Below, piece after piece: positions 29,136 to 38,233 of a stretch of 64,000 nucleotides of DNA (positions are counted from its first letter, which is position 1; every line of letters begins with the position of its first letter). Under the pieces are notes generated by a model that was not told where the DNA came from, did not search any database, and worked only from the letters and a program-made list of their open reading frames with translations. Source of the stretch: Alphaproteobacteria bacterium (lineage in GTDB: Bacteria > Pseudomonadota > Alphaproteobacteria > UBA828); the NCBI GenBank assembly GCA_965237415.1, contig CBDEFM010000001.1, forward strand, positions 320,001 to 384,000, given 5' to 3'. The position numbers and the translations under genes are program-made.

Positions 29136-29590
29136 AGCTCCTCGTAGGCGATGGGCTGGTGCCTGTTGTCGAGGAAGATGGCGACGAAGACCTCGTTCCG
29201 GCGTCCGCGAAGGCGGGCTTCGAGGTAGCGCCGGGTGTGGTTGGGCGAAGTGAGCGCGCCGTCGCGCCGAAGCCGGGCCTCCATCCAGCGGGCATGCAGC
29301 TCGAGGACGGCATGGACACGCGCCCGGTCGTCGGCAGGCAGGAGGAACAGGCGCAGCGTGTCGTCGGGATCGTCGAGGAGCTCGCGCAGGCCGCCCGCGG
29401 CGGCGAGCGTGGCAGCGTCGATGTCGACTCCGAGGAGGCCGAGCAGCTCATGGTCGTCGAGGGCGGCGGGACCCGCACGCCCGACGCGGGCAAGCAGCGG
29501 CTCGGTCGGCGTCGATGCGGCGCCCGGCGCGGCATAGAGAGCGGGGGCTTCGGAGCGCACGGCGGGGGCGAGTGCGGTTTCGTGGGACAT
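29136..29590 (-). pseudogene. radC: RadC/JAB-domain gene, 5' part (interrupted)
   Basis: GPAALDDHELL...NEVFVAIFLDNRHQPIAYEEL, then runs into the RIT IR. Confidence 0.88.
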
Positions 29591-29827
29591 GACGGCTCCA
29601 TCGTCGGCAAGGGGGGGAGCGGCCCGGAGGCTCTCTACTGCCTCCGGGGACCGCGCCCTTCCGACGCTCGACTCCGCCTCGCGGACGGCGAGGCGGCGTG
29701 GCGTGGCCGTTATCTCAGTGGGAGGGCGACGAGGGTGCCGGTAGGGGGCGCATCGGGGCGGATCGCGCGATGGAGTTGAAGGCAGCGGACGGCGGGCCGG
29801 CTGCGCAGCTACGCGGCCCGCCTCGGC

Positions 29828-30097
29828 TCAGTGCCAGGAGTCGTCGCCGGGCTCGGGGGTCTCGGCGCGCATGGACCGGGCCGCCAGCGCGGTCCAGTCC
29901 TCTCTCGAATGCCCGAGCTTCCGGTTCAGCTTGTCGCACAGCGTCTCCGCATCGTCGACGGTGAGCGCTACAAGGGCCGTGGGCACATAGCCCTCCATGC
30001 CCTCGAAGACGATGCGGATTTGCTGCACTTCATCCTCGATGTCGTAGGCGGGGCAGAATGCGTAGTTCGGGTCGTCCGGCAGGGTGTGGGCGGCCAT
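29828..30097 (-). CDS. Small acidic hypothetical protein (89 aa)
   Basis: GGAG RBS, typical codon usage. Confidence 0.65.
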   Translation of the reverse strand: MAAHTLPDDPNYAFCPAYDIEDEVQQIRIVFEGMEGYVPTALVALTVDDAETLCDKLNRKLGHSREDWTALAARSMRAETPEPGDDSWH

Positions 30098-30244
30098 GAC
30101 GGTGCTCCGTTCGATGGAGTGAAGCCCGCGGACGGCAGGCCGGCGGTACGTACCCCGCCGGGCCGGCAACGGGCGTGAATGGCGGTCGAACGGCCGGCCC
30201 TCGCTGGCGGACGAAGGGCCGGCCATACGTATCACGTCTGTGGC

Positions 30245-33200
30245 TCAAGCGGCGAGCGGCCAGCGTTCGAGGATGCGTTCCAGCACCTCGGCGCCGGGGG
30301 CGAAGGCGCGCGCCCGGAAGGACACGATCTCGACCGTGCAGCCGATGCGCCTGAGGGTGGCGGTATCGGTGTCGGCCGGTCCCTCGATCTCGACGCGGTC
30401 GGCGCCCATGATGCGCCGGCGCGAGAGCCGCCATCCGTTGGCGAGAGGAAGCGCGGTGCCGCGTCCCATGATGGCCTCGAAGGCTTCCGGTCCGGTCATG
30501 GCGAAGCCGCCGTCGAGGCCGAAGGCGGTGCGCGCGGCGCTGACCTGCTCGGCGTCGAGCACCCGGCCGATGAGGGATTCCCCGGTATCGGCGGTGAGCC
30601 GGCGCACGCGCATGTTCTCGAAGGGCAGCCGGTCCCAGATGGGCAGCAGCAGGCCGGCGGCGAGCCAGAAGCGCGACTCCCGGTGCGTGGGCAGCTCCGC
30701 AATTTCGTGCTCCCAGAGCATGTGCCACTGCGCCTCGTCGGCACGCCGCCAGTTGGACGCGTCGAGCTCGGCGCGTGCCATGGTCTCGCGCGTCGCGGGA
30801 CGTACCAGCCGGACCCGCTCCTGCACCCCGCCATCGTCGAACATGCGCGACGGCGCCGGCAGCAGGACGGCGGCGCGTTTGGAGCGGGCGTTGACGACCA
30901 GCCTCGGCTTGCCGTTCGGTCCGGGCTCGCGTTCGCCGATGGCGATTGCGGTCTCGGCGGTGGTGGGCTCCAGCCGGTCGCGGCGCAGGATTTCCACCAG
31001 CTCGGTGGCGGCCCCGGTGCCGGGGTGCTCATACAGGGTCTCCCGGCCGGCCAGGACAAGCGAATCGGCGCGCACGGTCTCGACCCCGACCTCGAAGGTG
31101 CCGGCCTCGACGGCCTGCTCGATATTCTCCGCGATCCGGGCCTCCAGCTCGGCGAAGAGCTCGTTCTGCTCGTCGATGGGGAGGGCCAGCAGCCGGTTGA
31201 GGAACCGGGACATGGGCGGCAGATCCTCCTTGAGATTGCCCTCGTGGACGAGCTTGAGGCCGGTGGCGTCCTCGAAGCGCGCGATGGCCCAGCCCGGGAT
31301 GTGGCCCCGCCAGAGCGCGATGTAGAAGCGCCGCAGCGCCGCCTTGGCGTAGGCGCTCTCCAGGTTGTCGCTCTCGCGGAACAGTGCCGCATCGCCGCCG
31401 CCCATGGCGGTCTGGGAATCGCGCTGCCCCCTTGTAATCGCACCCAGGGAGTCGAGCCTGCGCGCGATCGTGGCGATGAACCGCCGCTCGCCCTTCACAT
31501 CGGTGGCGACGGGCCGGAACAGCGGCGCGCTGGCCTGGTGCGTGCGGTGGGTGCGCCCGAGCCCCTGGATGGCCTGATCGGCGCGCCAACCGGGTTCCAG
31601 CAAGTAGTGGATGCGCCGCTCGGTATTGCCGCAGGAGAGATCGGCGTGATAGCTGCGCCCGGTGCCGCCCGCCATCGAGAACACCAGGATGTGCTTGCTT
31701 CCGTCCATGAACGCGGCGGTCTCGGCGAGATTGGCGGAAGCGGGCCGGCTGCGAAGCGCCAGGCGCTCGCCGCGCGCGTCCGCAATCTTCACCACCCGGC
31801 GCGACCGGCCGGTGACCTCGGCGACGGCGTCGTTCCCGAAACGGTGCACGATCTGGTCGAGCGCCGACTGCACCGGCGGCAATGCCGCGAGCTTCTCGAT
31901 GAGCGCGTCGCGGCGGGCAACGGCCTCTTGGCACAGCACCGGATTGCCGTCGTCGTCGAACACCGGGCGCGACATCACATTGCCGTCGTCGTCGGAGAAC
32001 GGCTCCTGCAACTGCACCGGGAAGGCGTGGGCCAGGAACTCGATGACGGTCTCCCTCGGCGTGAGGTCGACGGAGAGGTCGTCCCATTCCGATGCCGGGA
32101 TCTCGGCGATGCGCCGCTCCAGCAGCGCCTCGCCGGTCGAGACGAGCTGGATCACCGCGGACCGGCCGGATGCGAGATCGGCCTCGATCGCGCGGATCAG
32201 GCTCGGGCACTTCATGGCCGTCAACAGGTGCCCGAAGAAGCGCTGCTTCGCGCCCTCGAAGGCGCTCATTGCGGCCGACTTGGCGTTGCGGTTCAGGGTC
32301 GACTCGTCGTCGACGATGCCGGTCGCCTTGAGCGCCTCCTGGATGTTCTTGTGGATGACCTTGAAGGCGCCGGCGTAGGCGTCGTAGATGCGCCGCTGTT
32401 CCGGCGTCAGGGGGTGCTCCAGAATCTGGACCTCGACGCCGTCATAGGAGAGTGCGCGGGCCTGGTAGAGCCCGAGCGCCTTCAGGTCGCGCGCGACGAC
32501 CTCCATTGCGGCGACCCCGCCCGCCTCCATCGCCGAGACGAAATCGGTGCGGGTCTCGAACGGCGTGTCGCCGGCGGCCCACAAGCCCAGCCGTCCGGCA
32601 TAGGCGAGGCCCGGGACCGTGGTGGCCCCGGTCGCGGAGACATAGGCGATGCGGGCGTCGGGCAGCGCGTTCTGCAACCGCAGCCCGGCGCGGCCCTGCT
32701 GCGACGGCTTGACCTCGCCGCGGTTGCCCTTCGACCCCGCCGCGTTCGCCATCGCATGCGCCTCGTCGAACACGATGACGCCGGCGAAGGCGTGGCGGTC
32801 GTCCTCGTCCATGCCGCCGGCCAGCCATTCCACGATCTGGTCGAGCCGGGACTGCTTGCCCTGGCGGGCTGGCGAGCGCAGCGTCGCGTAGGTTGCGAAC
32901 AGGATGCCTTGGCTGAGCGGGATGTCGGCGCCCTGGCGGAAGTTGGATATGGGGAACACGTCGTCCTCGGCTCCGCCGAGCGCGGTCCAGTCGCGGCGCG
33001 CGTCTTCGACCAGCTTGTCGGACTGTGAGAGCCACAGCGCCCGCCTCCTTCCGCGCAGCCAGTTGTCGAGCACCATGGCGGCGACCTGGCGGCCCTTGCC
33101 CGCGCCGGTGCCGTCGCCGAGCATCCAGCCGCGGCGGAACCGGACCGGCGCCGACAGCACTTCGCCGTCCGCGGTGACGGACTCGGTGTCGTCCGCGTCG

Positions 33201-34741
33201 TCGTCCTCGCCGCAGCGCTGGACGGTCTCCCAGCCCGAGCCGATGCGGTAGTCGGCGCCGAGATGGCGCGAATGGGCCTCGCCCGCCAATACGACGCTTT
33301 CGAGCTGGGCGTCGGAGAGGAGTCCCTCGCTCACCACGCGTTCGGGCAACATGGGGCGGTACGAAGGCGTCGGATGCGGCACCGCGGCCATGGCGCCGGA
33401 CTGCACCAACGGGGTGGGATGCTCGACGGCGCCGGGGATGCGCACGACACCCGGTCGCCATGCCTCGTAGGGGCCGGCGGTCGAAACGGCGGCGGGTGCC
33501 TCGGCACCGGAATCCGAAGGGCCGGTCTCGATGGCGAGCTCGGCGACCGGACCCCATTCATGGGCGGGCTTCGGAGATGCCGCCCCAGACTGTGCGGCGG
33601 CAGCGCGCTTGGCGGCGGGTTTGGGGATTGCGTTGCCGAACAAGTCCCGGCCGGGGCCGGTGACGGTGCGGACGGGTTCCGCCTGGACGGGCAGACGGGC
33701 CGGCACGCCGGCGATGACGGCGTCGAGCAGGGCGGCGGCGTTCTCCGCGCGGGCCTGCGCGTCGACCGCGATGCCGGGCGCCTCGCTGCGGTCGAGGACA
33801 GTAAGCCTGGTGTCGAAGCCGGTGCCGCGCCGGGCATAGGCCCGTCCGTCGATGGCCATCGTGAAAACGATGCGGGCGTTTCCCGCGAGTCTTGAGAAGG
33901 CGTCGCGCCAGGCGGTATCGCCGGGCACGCAATTGGCCGAGGTGATCGCGGCGAGCCGCCCGCCATAGGGCAGCATGGCGAAGGCCGAGCGGAGATGGCG
34001 CAGGTCGGCGTCGTGGCGGATGCTGGAAACACCCGGGGTTGCCGAGAACGGCGGGTTCATCAGGACGACGGTCGGCCGGATGCCCGGCAGGTGGTCGGCG
34101 ATGTTCTCGGCGTTGTGGCGGGTGACGCGGGTGGCGGGAAAGAGCTCGCCGAGGAGCCCGGCGCGCGCATTCGCGATCTCGTTCAGATGGAGCGCGCCGG
34201 TGGCCTGGTTGCCGAGGGCGCACTCGGCCATGACGGCCAGCATGCCGGTGCCGGCGGAGGGTTCGAGCACGACATCGCCCGGGCGGATGGCGGCGGCCCG
34301 GAGCGCGGCATAGGCAAGGGTGAGCGGTGTCGAGAACTGCTGGAGGCGGATTTGGTCCTCGGAGCGCTTGGTGTGCGAGGGCTCCAGAGCGCCAATCGCG
34401 GCCAGCATCGCCAGCATGCGGCGGGGTCCGTCCGGACCGGCGCCGGCCTGCCTGCGCATCGCACGCCCATAGCGCTGCACGAACAGCACCACGGCGGCTT
34501 CGGCGGCCTCATAGGCGTCCTTCCAGATCCAGCCGCCCTCGGCATCGCTGGCGCCGAAGGCGCGGGTCATGGCGGTGCGGATGGTGGCGGCGTCGAGGGG
34601 CCGGCCGGCTTCGAGGGCAGGAAGCAGGGTCCGGGCCGCGGCGATGAGCGCGCTCGGGCCGGCGGGCGCCGGGATGGCCGTCACGGTGTGGGTGGGATGC
34701 GGGCGCGCGGGTACGACCGCCGCCTGGGAGGCGTCGAGCAT
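30245..34741 (-). CDS. Strawberry-notch family methyltransferase/SF2 helicase
   Basis: QQFSTP, LEPSAGTG, MNPPF (N6/N4 MTase); GDGTGAGKGR, VFDEAH, YVSATGA, QGLGRTHR. Confidence 0.92.
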   Translation of the reverse strand: MLDASQAAVVPARPHPTHTVTAIPAPAGPSALIAAARTLLPALEAGRPLDAATIRTAMTRAFGASDAEGGWIWKDAYEAAEAAVVLFVQRYGRAMRRQAGAGPDGPRRMLAMLAAIGALEPSHTKRSEDQIRLQQFSTPLTLAYAALRAAAIRPGDVVLEPSAGTGMLAVMAECALGNQATGALHLNEIANARAGLLGELFPATRVTRHNAENIADHLPGIRPTVVLMNPPFSATPGVSSIRHDADLRHLRSAFAMLPYGGRLAAITSANCVPGDTAWRDAFSRLAGNARIVFTMAIDGRAYARRGTGFDTRLTVLDRSEAPGIAVDAQARAENAAALLDAVIAGVPARLPVQAEPVRTVTGPGRDLFGNAIPKPAAKRAAAAQSGAASPKPAHEWGPVAELAIETGPSDSGAEAPAAVSTAGPYEAWRPGVVRIPGAVEHPTPLVQSGAMAAVPHPTPSYRPMLPERVVSEGLLSDAQLESVVLAGEAHSRHLGADYRIGSGWETVQRCGEDDDADDTESVTADGEVLSAPVRFRRGWMLGDGTGAGKGRQVAAMVLDNWLRGRRRALWLSQSDKLVEDARRDWTALGGAEDDVFPISNFRQGADIPLSQGILFATYATLRSPARQGKQSRLDQIVEWLAGGMDEDDRHAFAGVIVFDEAHAMANAAGSKGNRGEVKPSQQGRAGLRLQNALPDARIAYVSATGATTVPGLAYAGRLGLWAAGDTPFETRTDFVSAMEAGGVAAMEVVARDLKALGLYQARALSYDGVEVQILEHPLTPEQRRIYDAYAGAFKVIHKNIQEALKATGIVDDESTLNRNAKSAAMSAFEGAKQRFFGHLLTAMKCPSLIRAIEADLASGRSAVIQLVSTGEALLERRIAEIPASEWDDLSVDLTPRETVIEFLAHAFPVQLQEPFSDDDGNVMSRPVFDDDGNPVLCQEAVARRDALIEKLAALPPVQSALDQIVHRFGNDAVAEVTGRSRRVVKIADARGERLALRSRPASANLAETAAFMDGSKHILVFSMAGGTGRSYHADLSCGNTERRIHYLLEPGWRADQAIQGLGRTHRTHQASAPLFRPVATDVKGERRFIATIARRLDSLGAITRGQRDSQTAMGGGDAALFRESDNLESAYAKAALRRFYIALWRGHIPGWAIARFEDATGLKLVHEGNLKEDLPPMSRFLNRLLALPIDEQNELFAELEARIAENIEQAVEAGTFEVGVETVRADSLVLAGRETLYEHPGTGAATELVEILRRDRLEPTTAETAIAIGEREPGPNGKPRLVVNARSKRAAVLLPAPSRMFDDGGVQERVRLVRPATRETMARAELDASNWRRADEAQWHMLWEHEIAELPTHRESRFWLAAGLLLPIWDRLPFENMRVRRLTADTGESLIGRVLDAEQVSAARTAFGLDGGFAMTGPEAFEAIMGRGTALPLANGWRLSRRRIMGADRVEIEGPADTDTATLRRIGCTVEIVSFRARAFAPGAEVLERILERWPLAA

Positions 34742-34874
34742 GGCGTTCTCCGGATGGGAATTGGGTGAAACCGCCGGCGGTGCGGCGCGGGAGGGTCCTC
34801 CCGCACCGTCTCACCGGTCGTGACCGGGGACGGCTGCCCCGCCTCGTGGCGGCGGGGACCGGGGATGCGGGGGA

Positions 34875-35168
34875 TCAGGCGGCGGCGGTGTTCCGGCGCT
34901 CGGCCGCGCGGGCGCGGCAGGACTCGACCAGTTGGGCGTAGTCGGCGGGATCGAGCACGCGGGCGACGTCGAGCAAGTGCGCGAGTTGCAGGCCGATGAG
35001 CCGGACGGCGGGGTCGTCACGCTGCCGGCCGCCCTCGGCGAGAACCTGCCGGCAGGCGTGGTGCAGCGTGGCCGAGATACCGGACGGGTTGCAGGCTCCG
35101 GACTCGGCGATGATGAGCGCGTCGGCGTGCCGGTCGAATCCGGGTGGCGGGCCGTCGAGGGCGTTCAC
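34875..35168 (-). CDS. Hypothetical protein (97 aa)
   Basis: GTGA overlap with the upstream ORF, GGAGG RBS. Confidence 0.6.
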   Translation of the reverse strand: MNALDGPPPGFDRHADALIIAESGACNPSGISATLHHACRQVLAEGGRQRDDPAVRLIGLQLAHLLDVARVLDPADYAQLVESCRARAAERRNTAAA

Positions 35169-35503
35169 CGCGATGCCCTCCGAACCTTGTCGACGAGGCC
35201 GTCGACGACAACGGACTCCGCACGGCAGGCGTGGCCCCAGCCGCGGAGGTTGGCCTCGACGTCGGTCCACGAGCCGATGAGGGCGTTGAAGAACGGGTCG
35301 TCCGTGGTGGCGGCAAATACGCATCCGCCGGTCACCACGGCGCCGGTGATGGCGGGCTCGGTCATCGCCGGCCGTCCTATCAGGCAACAAAGCAGCGCTC
35401 CGAATGCGGGCGAGAGGTTCTCGGCCTTCGCGGGGTCCATCGGGTGCATGGCCGGCGGCGGGCCGGCGGGCGCGGCGTGTGCCGCGGTCTCGATGTGGGG
35501 CAT
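35165..35503 (-). CDS. Hypothetical protein (112 aa)
   Basis: AGGAG RBS; coupled to the downstream ORF. Confidence 0.65.
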   Translation of the reverse strand: MPHIETAAHAAPAGPPPAMHPMDPAKAENLSPAFGALLCCLIGRPAMTEPAITGAVVTGGCVFAATTDDPFFNALIGSWTDVEANLRGWGHACRAESVVVDGLVDKVRRASR

Positions 35504-35527
35504 GGTCGTCTCCTGCGTAAGATGACG

Positions 35528-35568
35528 AAAAGAAAACGCCCCGCCCCGGAACGGGCCGGGACGGGGCG
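35528..35568 (-). terminator. Intrinsic terminator after DUF2958
   Basis: CGCCCCG...CGGGGCG stem plus TTTTCTTT on the minus strand. Confidence 0.65.
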
Positions 35569-35589
35569 AGAAGCGACGGGTCGAGGGGG

Positions 35590-35976
35590 TCAGGCCGTGG
35601 CGGTGGCGGTCTTGCGGCGGTTCGCGGTGGCCTCGAGCTCGGGGCCACGTTCGACGATTCGTCCGGCGGCGCGGGCGGCTTCGGCATACACCGACAAGCT
35701 GTATTTCGGACGAAAATGCAGATCCCGCTCGATGCCGAGGCCGAACCGGACGCGGATCGCGGCGATCTCGGCAAGGCTGCTGTATCCCAACTCCGGGGTG
35801 CCGAAGCCGAGACAGGCCAGACCGAACAGCGTGTCTCCGTCTTCATCGAGCTCCGCAAACAGCCACGTCGCCGCGCCGCACGGATTGAAAAATTTCAATG
35901 GCGGGGGGTGGTCCTGGTCTCGTTTCTTTCCGTTCGCGAGCAGCTTCTCCCGCAACGCTTTGGTGAGAAGTTTCAT
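35590..35976 (-). CDS. DUF2958-domain protein
   Basis: LLANG, KFFNPCGAATWL, FGLACLG.G.PELGY.SL.E, IERDLHF. Confidence 0.88.
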   Translation of the reverse strand: MKLLTKALREKLLANGKKRDQDHPPPLKFFNPCGAATWLFAELDEDGDTLFGLACLGFGTPELGYSSLAEIAAIRVRFGLGIERDLHFRPKYSLSVYAEAARAAGRIVERGPELEATANRRKTATATA

Positions 35977-35988
35977 CGGGACCTCCGG

Positions 35989-36207
35989 TCAGTGCGGGAT
36001 GGGCTGGCCGGTGGCGCCCGGCGGGCCGATGGCGACGTCGATGTGGTCGCCGTCGACGGTGATGGTGACCGTGCGGTCGCGAGGCATGAGCCAGTGGATC
36101 TCGGTCCAGAGGGCGTTGGCGATGGCGCGGCGCTGCGCGTCGTCGCCCGAGCACGCCGGGGCGGGCGTTGCGCCGGTGTCCCGGCGGGAAGCGCTGAGAA
36201 GGTCCAT
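35989..36207 (-). CDS. Small protein homologous to the C-terminal domain of the GHKL protein
   Basis: IANALWTEIHWLMPRDRTV aligns to IADALSREIFWLFPRDRDV. Confidence 0.6.
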   Translation of the reverse strand: MDLLSASRRDTGATPAPACSGDDAQRRAIANALWTEIHWLMPRDRTVTITVDGDHIDVAIGPPGATGQPIPH

Positions 36208-36446
36208 GGGCGGAATCTCCGGTGAAATGATGAAGGGACTTGGCGGACCGGGGACGCTCCCTCGCCCCGGCTCTCGCTCGCCCGCGCGAAGGCCGGACCC
36301 GGCTCCGGGCGGCGCCGGGTCCGGACTGGCGGTCGATGAAAGGGCGGCGGTGAACCGGGGGTTGGTCGTCGAGGAGGCGGTTTCGGGCGCGTCCTCGCCT
36401 GTCCGTCACGTCAGGGGTGCGCGTCCGGGATGCGCCCGGACGAGTG

Positions 36447-36788
36447 TCAGGCGGGGCTGGTTTCGCGCGTGTGCGCCCAGGGGCATTGCTCCCACAGCGT
36501 GCGGAGCGTGCGCGGCATGCCCGCGTACTCGCCGTCGTTGTGGTTGTAGGAGGGCCAGTCCTGGTCGCGCATCCAGGTGGAGCCGTCGAGGTAGTAGACG
36601 CCGCCGGGGCATGTGCGCCGGATTGGGGCGCCGTCCGCGGGCCGCCATTCGTAGCCGATGAGCGGCCGGTCGTGGTGGTCGGAGCGGTAAAGGGTCAGCC
36701 GCCATTCGTGCTTGCCGATCGTCATGGGCTCGGACTGGCGGATAACCCGGTTGCCGGCGAAGTCGAATGCGCTCCCGCCCTCCATCAT
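36447..36788 (-). CDS. Hypothetical Trp/Tyr-rich protein (113 aa)
   Basis: ATGA overlap with the upstream zinc-ribbon gene, GGAG RBS. Confidence 0.6.
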   Translation of the reverse strand: MMEGGSAFDFAGNRVIRQSEPMTIGKHEWRLTLYRSDHHDRPLIGYEWRPADGAPIRRTCPGGVYYLDGSTWMRDQDWPSYNHNDGEYAGMPRTLRTLWEQCPWAHTRETSPA

Positions 36789-37150
36789 GCGGTCTCCGCG
36801 ACGGGCTTCATCGTGTAGCTGCACTCGACATCGCAGTCGGCGCAGATCGCGGCGGGCTCGTATGTGCTGTGCAACGCCCAGCGCTGGGCATCGACGTCCC
36901 AGCAGGCCCACGCATCCACTTGGACACCGGTGCCGCCGCAGGTGTTGCAGACGGGCTGCATGCGCGGTCCCGCCGCGGGCTCGCGCGGGTTCAGCATCGC
37001 TGCGCCGCCGCACCCCTCGACCGGGCAGTCGCCGGCGGGCATGACGTCGCCGGGATGCACGCGCTCATGCAGGTGACGGAATTCCAGCGTGTCGTCGACC
37101 GGACCCGTCCAGCCGCAGTCCTGGCACGCGGCGGTCTCTATCTGGCCCAT
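36785..37150 (-). CDS. Double zinc-ribbon-like protein
   Basis: CQDC, CPVEGC, CNTC, CADC; GAGGAG RBS. Confidence 0.7.
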   Translation of the reverse strand: MGQIETAACQDCGWTGPVDDTLEFRHLHERVHPGDVMPAGDCPVEGCGGAAMLNPREPAAGPRMQPVCNTCGGTGVQVDAWACWDVDAQRWALHSTYEPAAICADCDVECSYTMKPVAETA

Positions 37151-37178
37151 GGGGCTTCTCCTCGAATCGCAGGGGAAT

Positions 37179-37282
37179 TGGTGGGGCGGGCGGGATTCGA
37201 ACCCGCGAGGTCGGTCCCTCCAGTTGACTCCGACCACTCCCGCGCAGAGGGCGTTCACAGCTTGGCCGGAGCCTCACGCCCC
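37179..37282 (-). ncRNA. tRNA-like element with a non-canonical anticodon domain
   Basis: Acceptor GGGGCG/CGCCCC-ACCA, D arm GGCT-CCGGCCA-AGCT, T arm GCGGG-TTCGAAT-CCCGC, 51-nt central region. Confidence 0.65.
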
Positions 37283-37339
37283 GATGGCGCTCGACCGAAG
37301 GGCGAGTCCGAAATCCCTGTCCCCGGTCGGAATCGCAGC

Positions 37340-37678
37340 TCAGTGCAACAGGTCGGCGACGCCGAGCCTCTCGAAGGCGTGGCGCAATCCGTCGTCACTT
37401 CCGGGGTCGATCTTCATCGGGCCGTAGCCGGCTTCGTCGTTCCACCGCGCGAGCTCGCGCAGCTGCTCTGTGAACTCGGCATCGGTGTCGCAGACCGTCG
37501 TGGTGAGATCTCCTTCGGCGAAGTTGACGATCGTGCGCACGGCGGGCGAACACCATGTGCCGTAATAAGAGGCATCCTGCTTCGTATCGACCTGGGCGAA
37601 GCCGTTGGCGATTGAGCATGGGCCGCAGTCGAAGCTGTAGCGGTCCGACAGCGGCTTGAAGTCTCGGCTGGTTTTCAT
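37340..37678 (-). CDS. Hypothetical protein (112 aa)
   Basis: DRYSFD...GFAQVDTKQDASYYGTW...NFAEGD; good codon usage. Confidence 0.7.
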   Translation of the reverse strand: MKTSRDFKPLSDRYSFDCGPCSIANGFAQVDTKQDASYYGTWCSPAVRTIVNFAEGDLTTTVCDTDAEFTEQLRELARWNDEAGYGPMKIDPGSDDGLRHAFERLGVADLLH

Positions 37679-37744
37679 GGGGTCTTGGTCCCTCGTAGCG
37701 AACGCTTGGATGGCGCTCGATGGAGCGGTGGGGCCGGCCTGGCG

Positions 37745-38233
37745 TCAGTTGTCGAATCCGCAGATGCGAATCCGGGCCCGTCCTTCGGTGACCGTCACGT
37801 CCGGGCGGCCCCCGGGTCCGGGCGTGACGATGACGAGCGGTTTGTTGGCTGGGGGATGCGGCGGATCGCGCACCTCCGCGGTGACCGTGCCGGCGGTGCT
37901 CGCGAAACGCATGAGCACCCGCCCGCGGGTGACTTCGATACCGCCGCCGGGCTTTGCCGGGTCGGTGATGGTGACGATCGGCGGCTCGCCCTGCTCGGTG
38001 AAGCGGTCGGGCACCGGCAACGCGGTATCCGTGGCCCACGGATCGGCATCGGCGCCCTCGCACACGGCATCGACGTGCGAGTCGCCGCAATGGTCGAGGG
38101 AGCGCCAGGCATCGCTCTGGTTGGCGGCCTCGAGGGCCTTCTCCAGCGCCTCATCGAGGGTCTCCGCCTCGACGGTGACGGTGTTCGCGAAATACGCCGG
38201 ATACACACACTGGACAGTGAACGGTCTGGTCAT
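37745..38233 (-). CDS. Hypothetical protein with a duplicated C-terminal beta-rich unit
   Basis: TGATG overlap with the GHKL gene, GAGG RBS. Confidence 0.65.
   Translation of the reverse strand: MTRPFTVQCVYPAYFANTVTVEAETLDEALEKALEAANQSDAWRSLDHCGDSHVDAVCEGADADPWATDTALPVPDRFTEQGEPPIVTITDPAKPGGGIEVTRGRVLMRFASTAGTVTAEVRDPPHPPANKPLVIVTPGPGGRPDVTVTEGRARIRICGFDN

Larger units (their letters stand above)
25724..29136 (+). mobile_element. RIT (recombinase-in-trio) element inserted in radC
   Basis: Three overlapping tyrosine recombinase genes; perfect 25-bp terminal IRs TTAATGTTGCGGCCACTGTTATGTT (25724-25748, 29112-29136); lower GC. Confidence 0.92.

Noticed and set aside
37179-37282. Canonical tRNA-Ala(TGC), tmRNA or prophage att site
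   Set aside because: No G3.U70 pair, non-canonical loop around TGC, no tag reading frame, no adjacent integrase or second copy in the window
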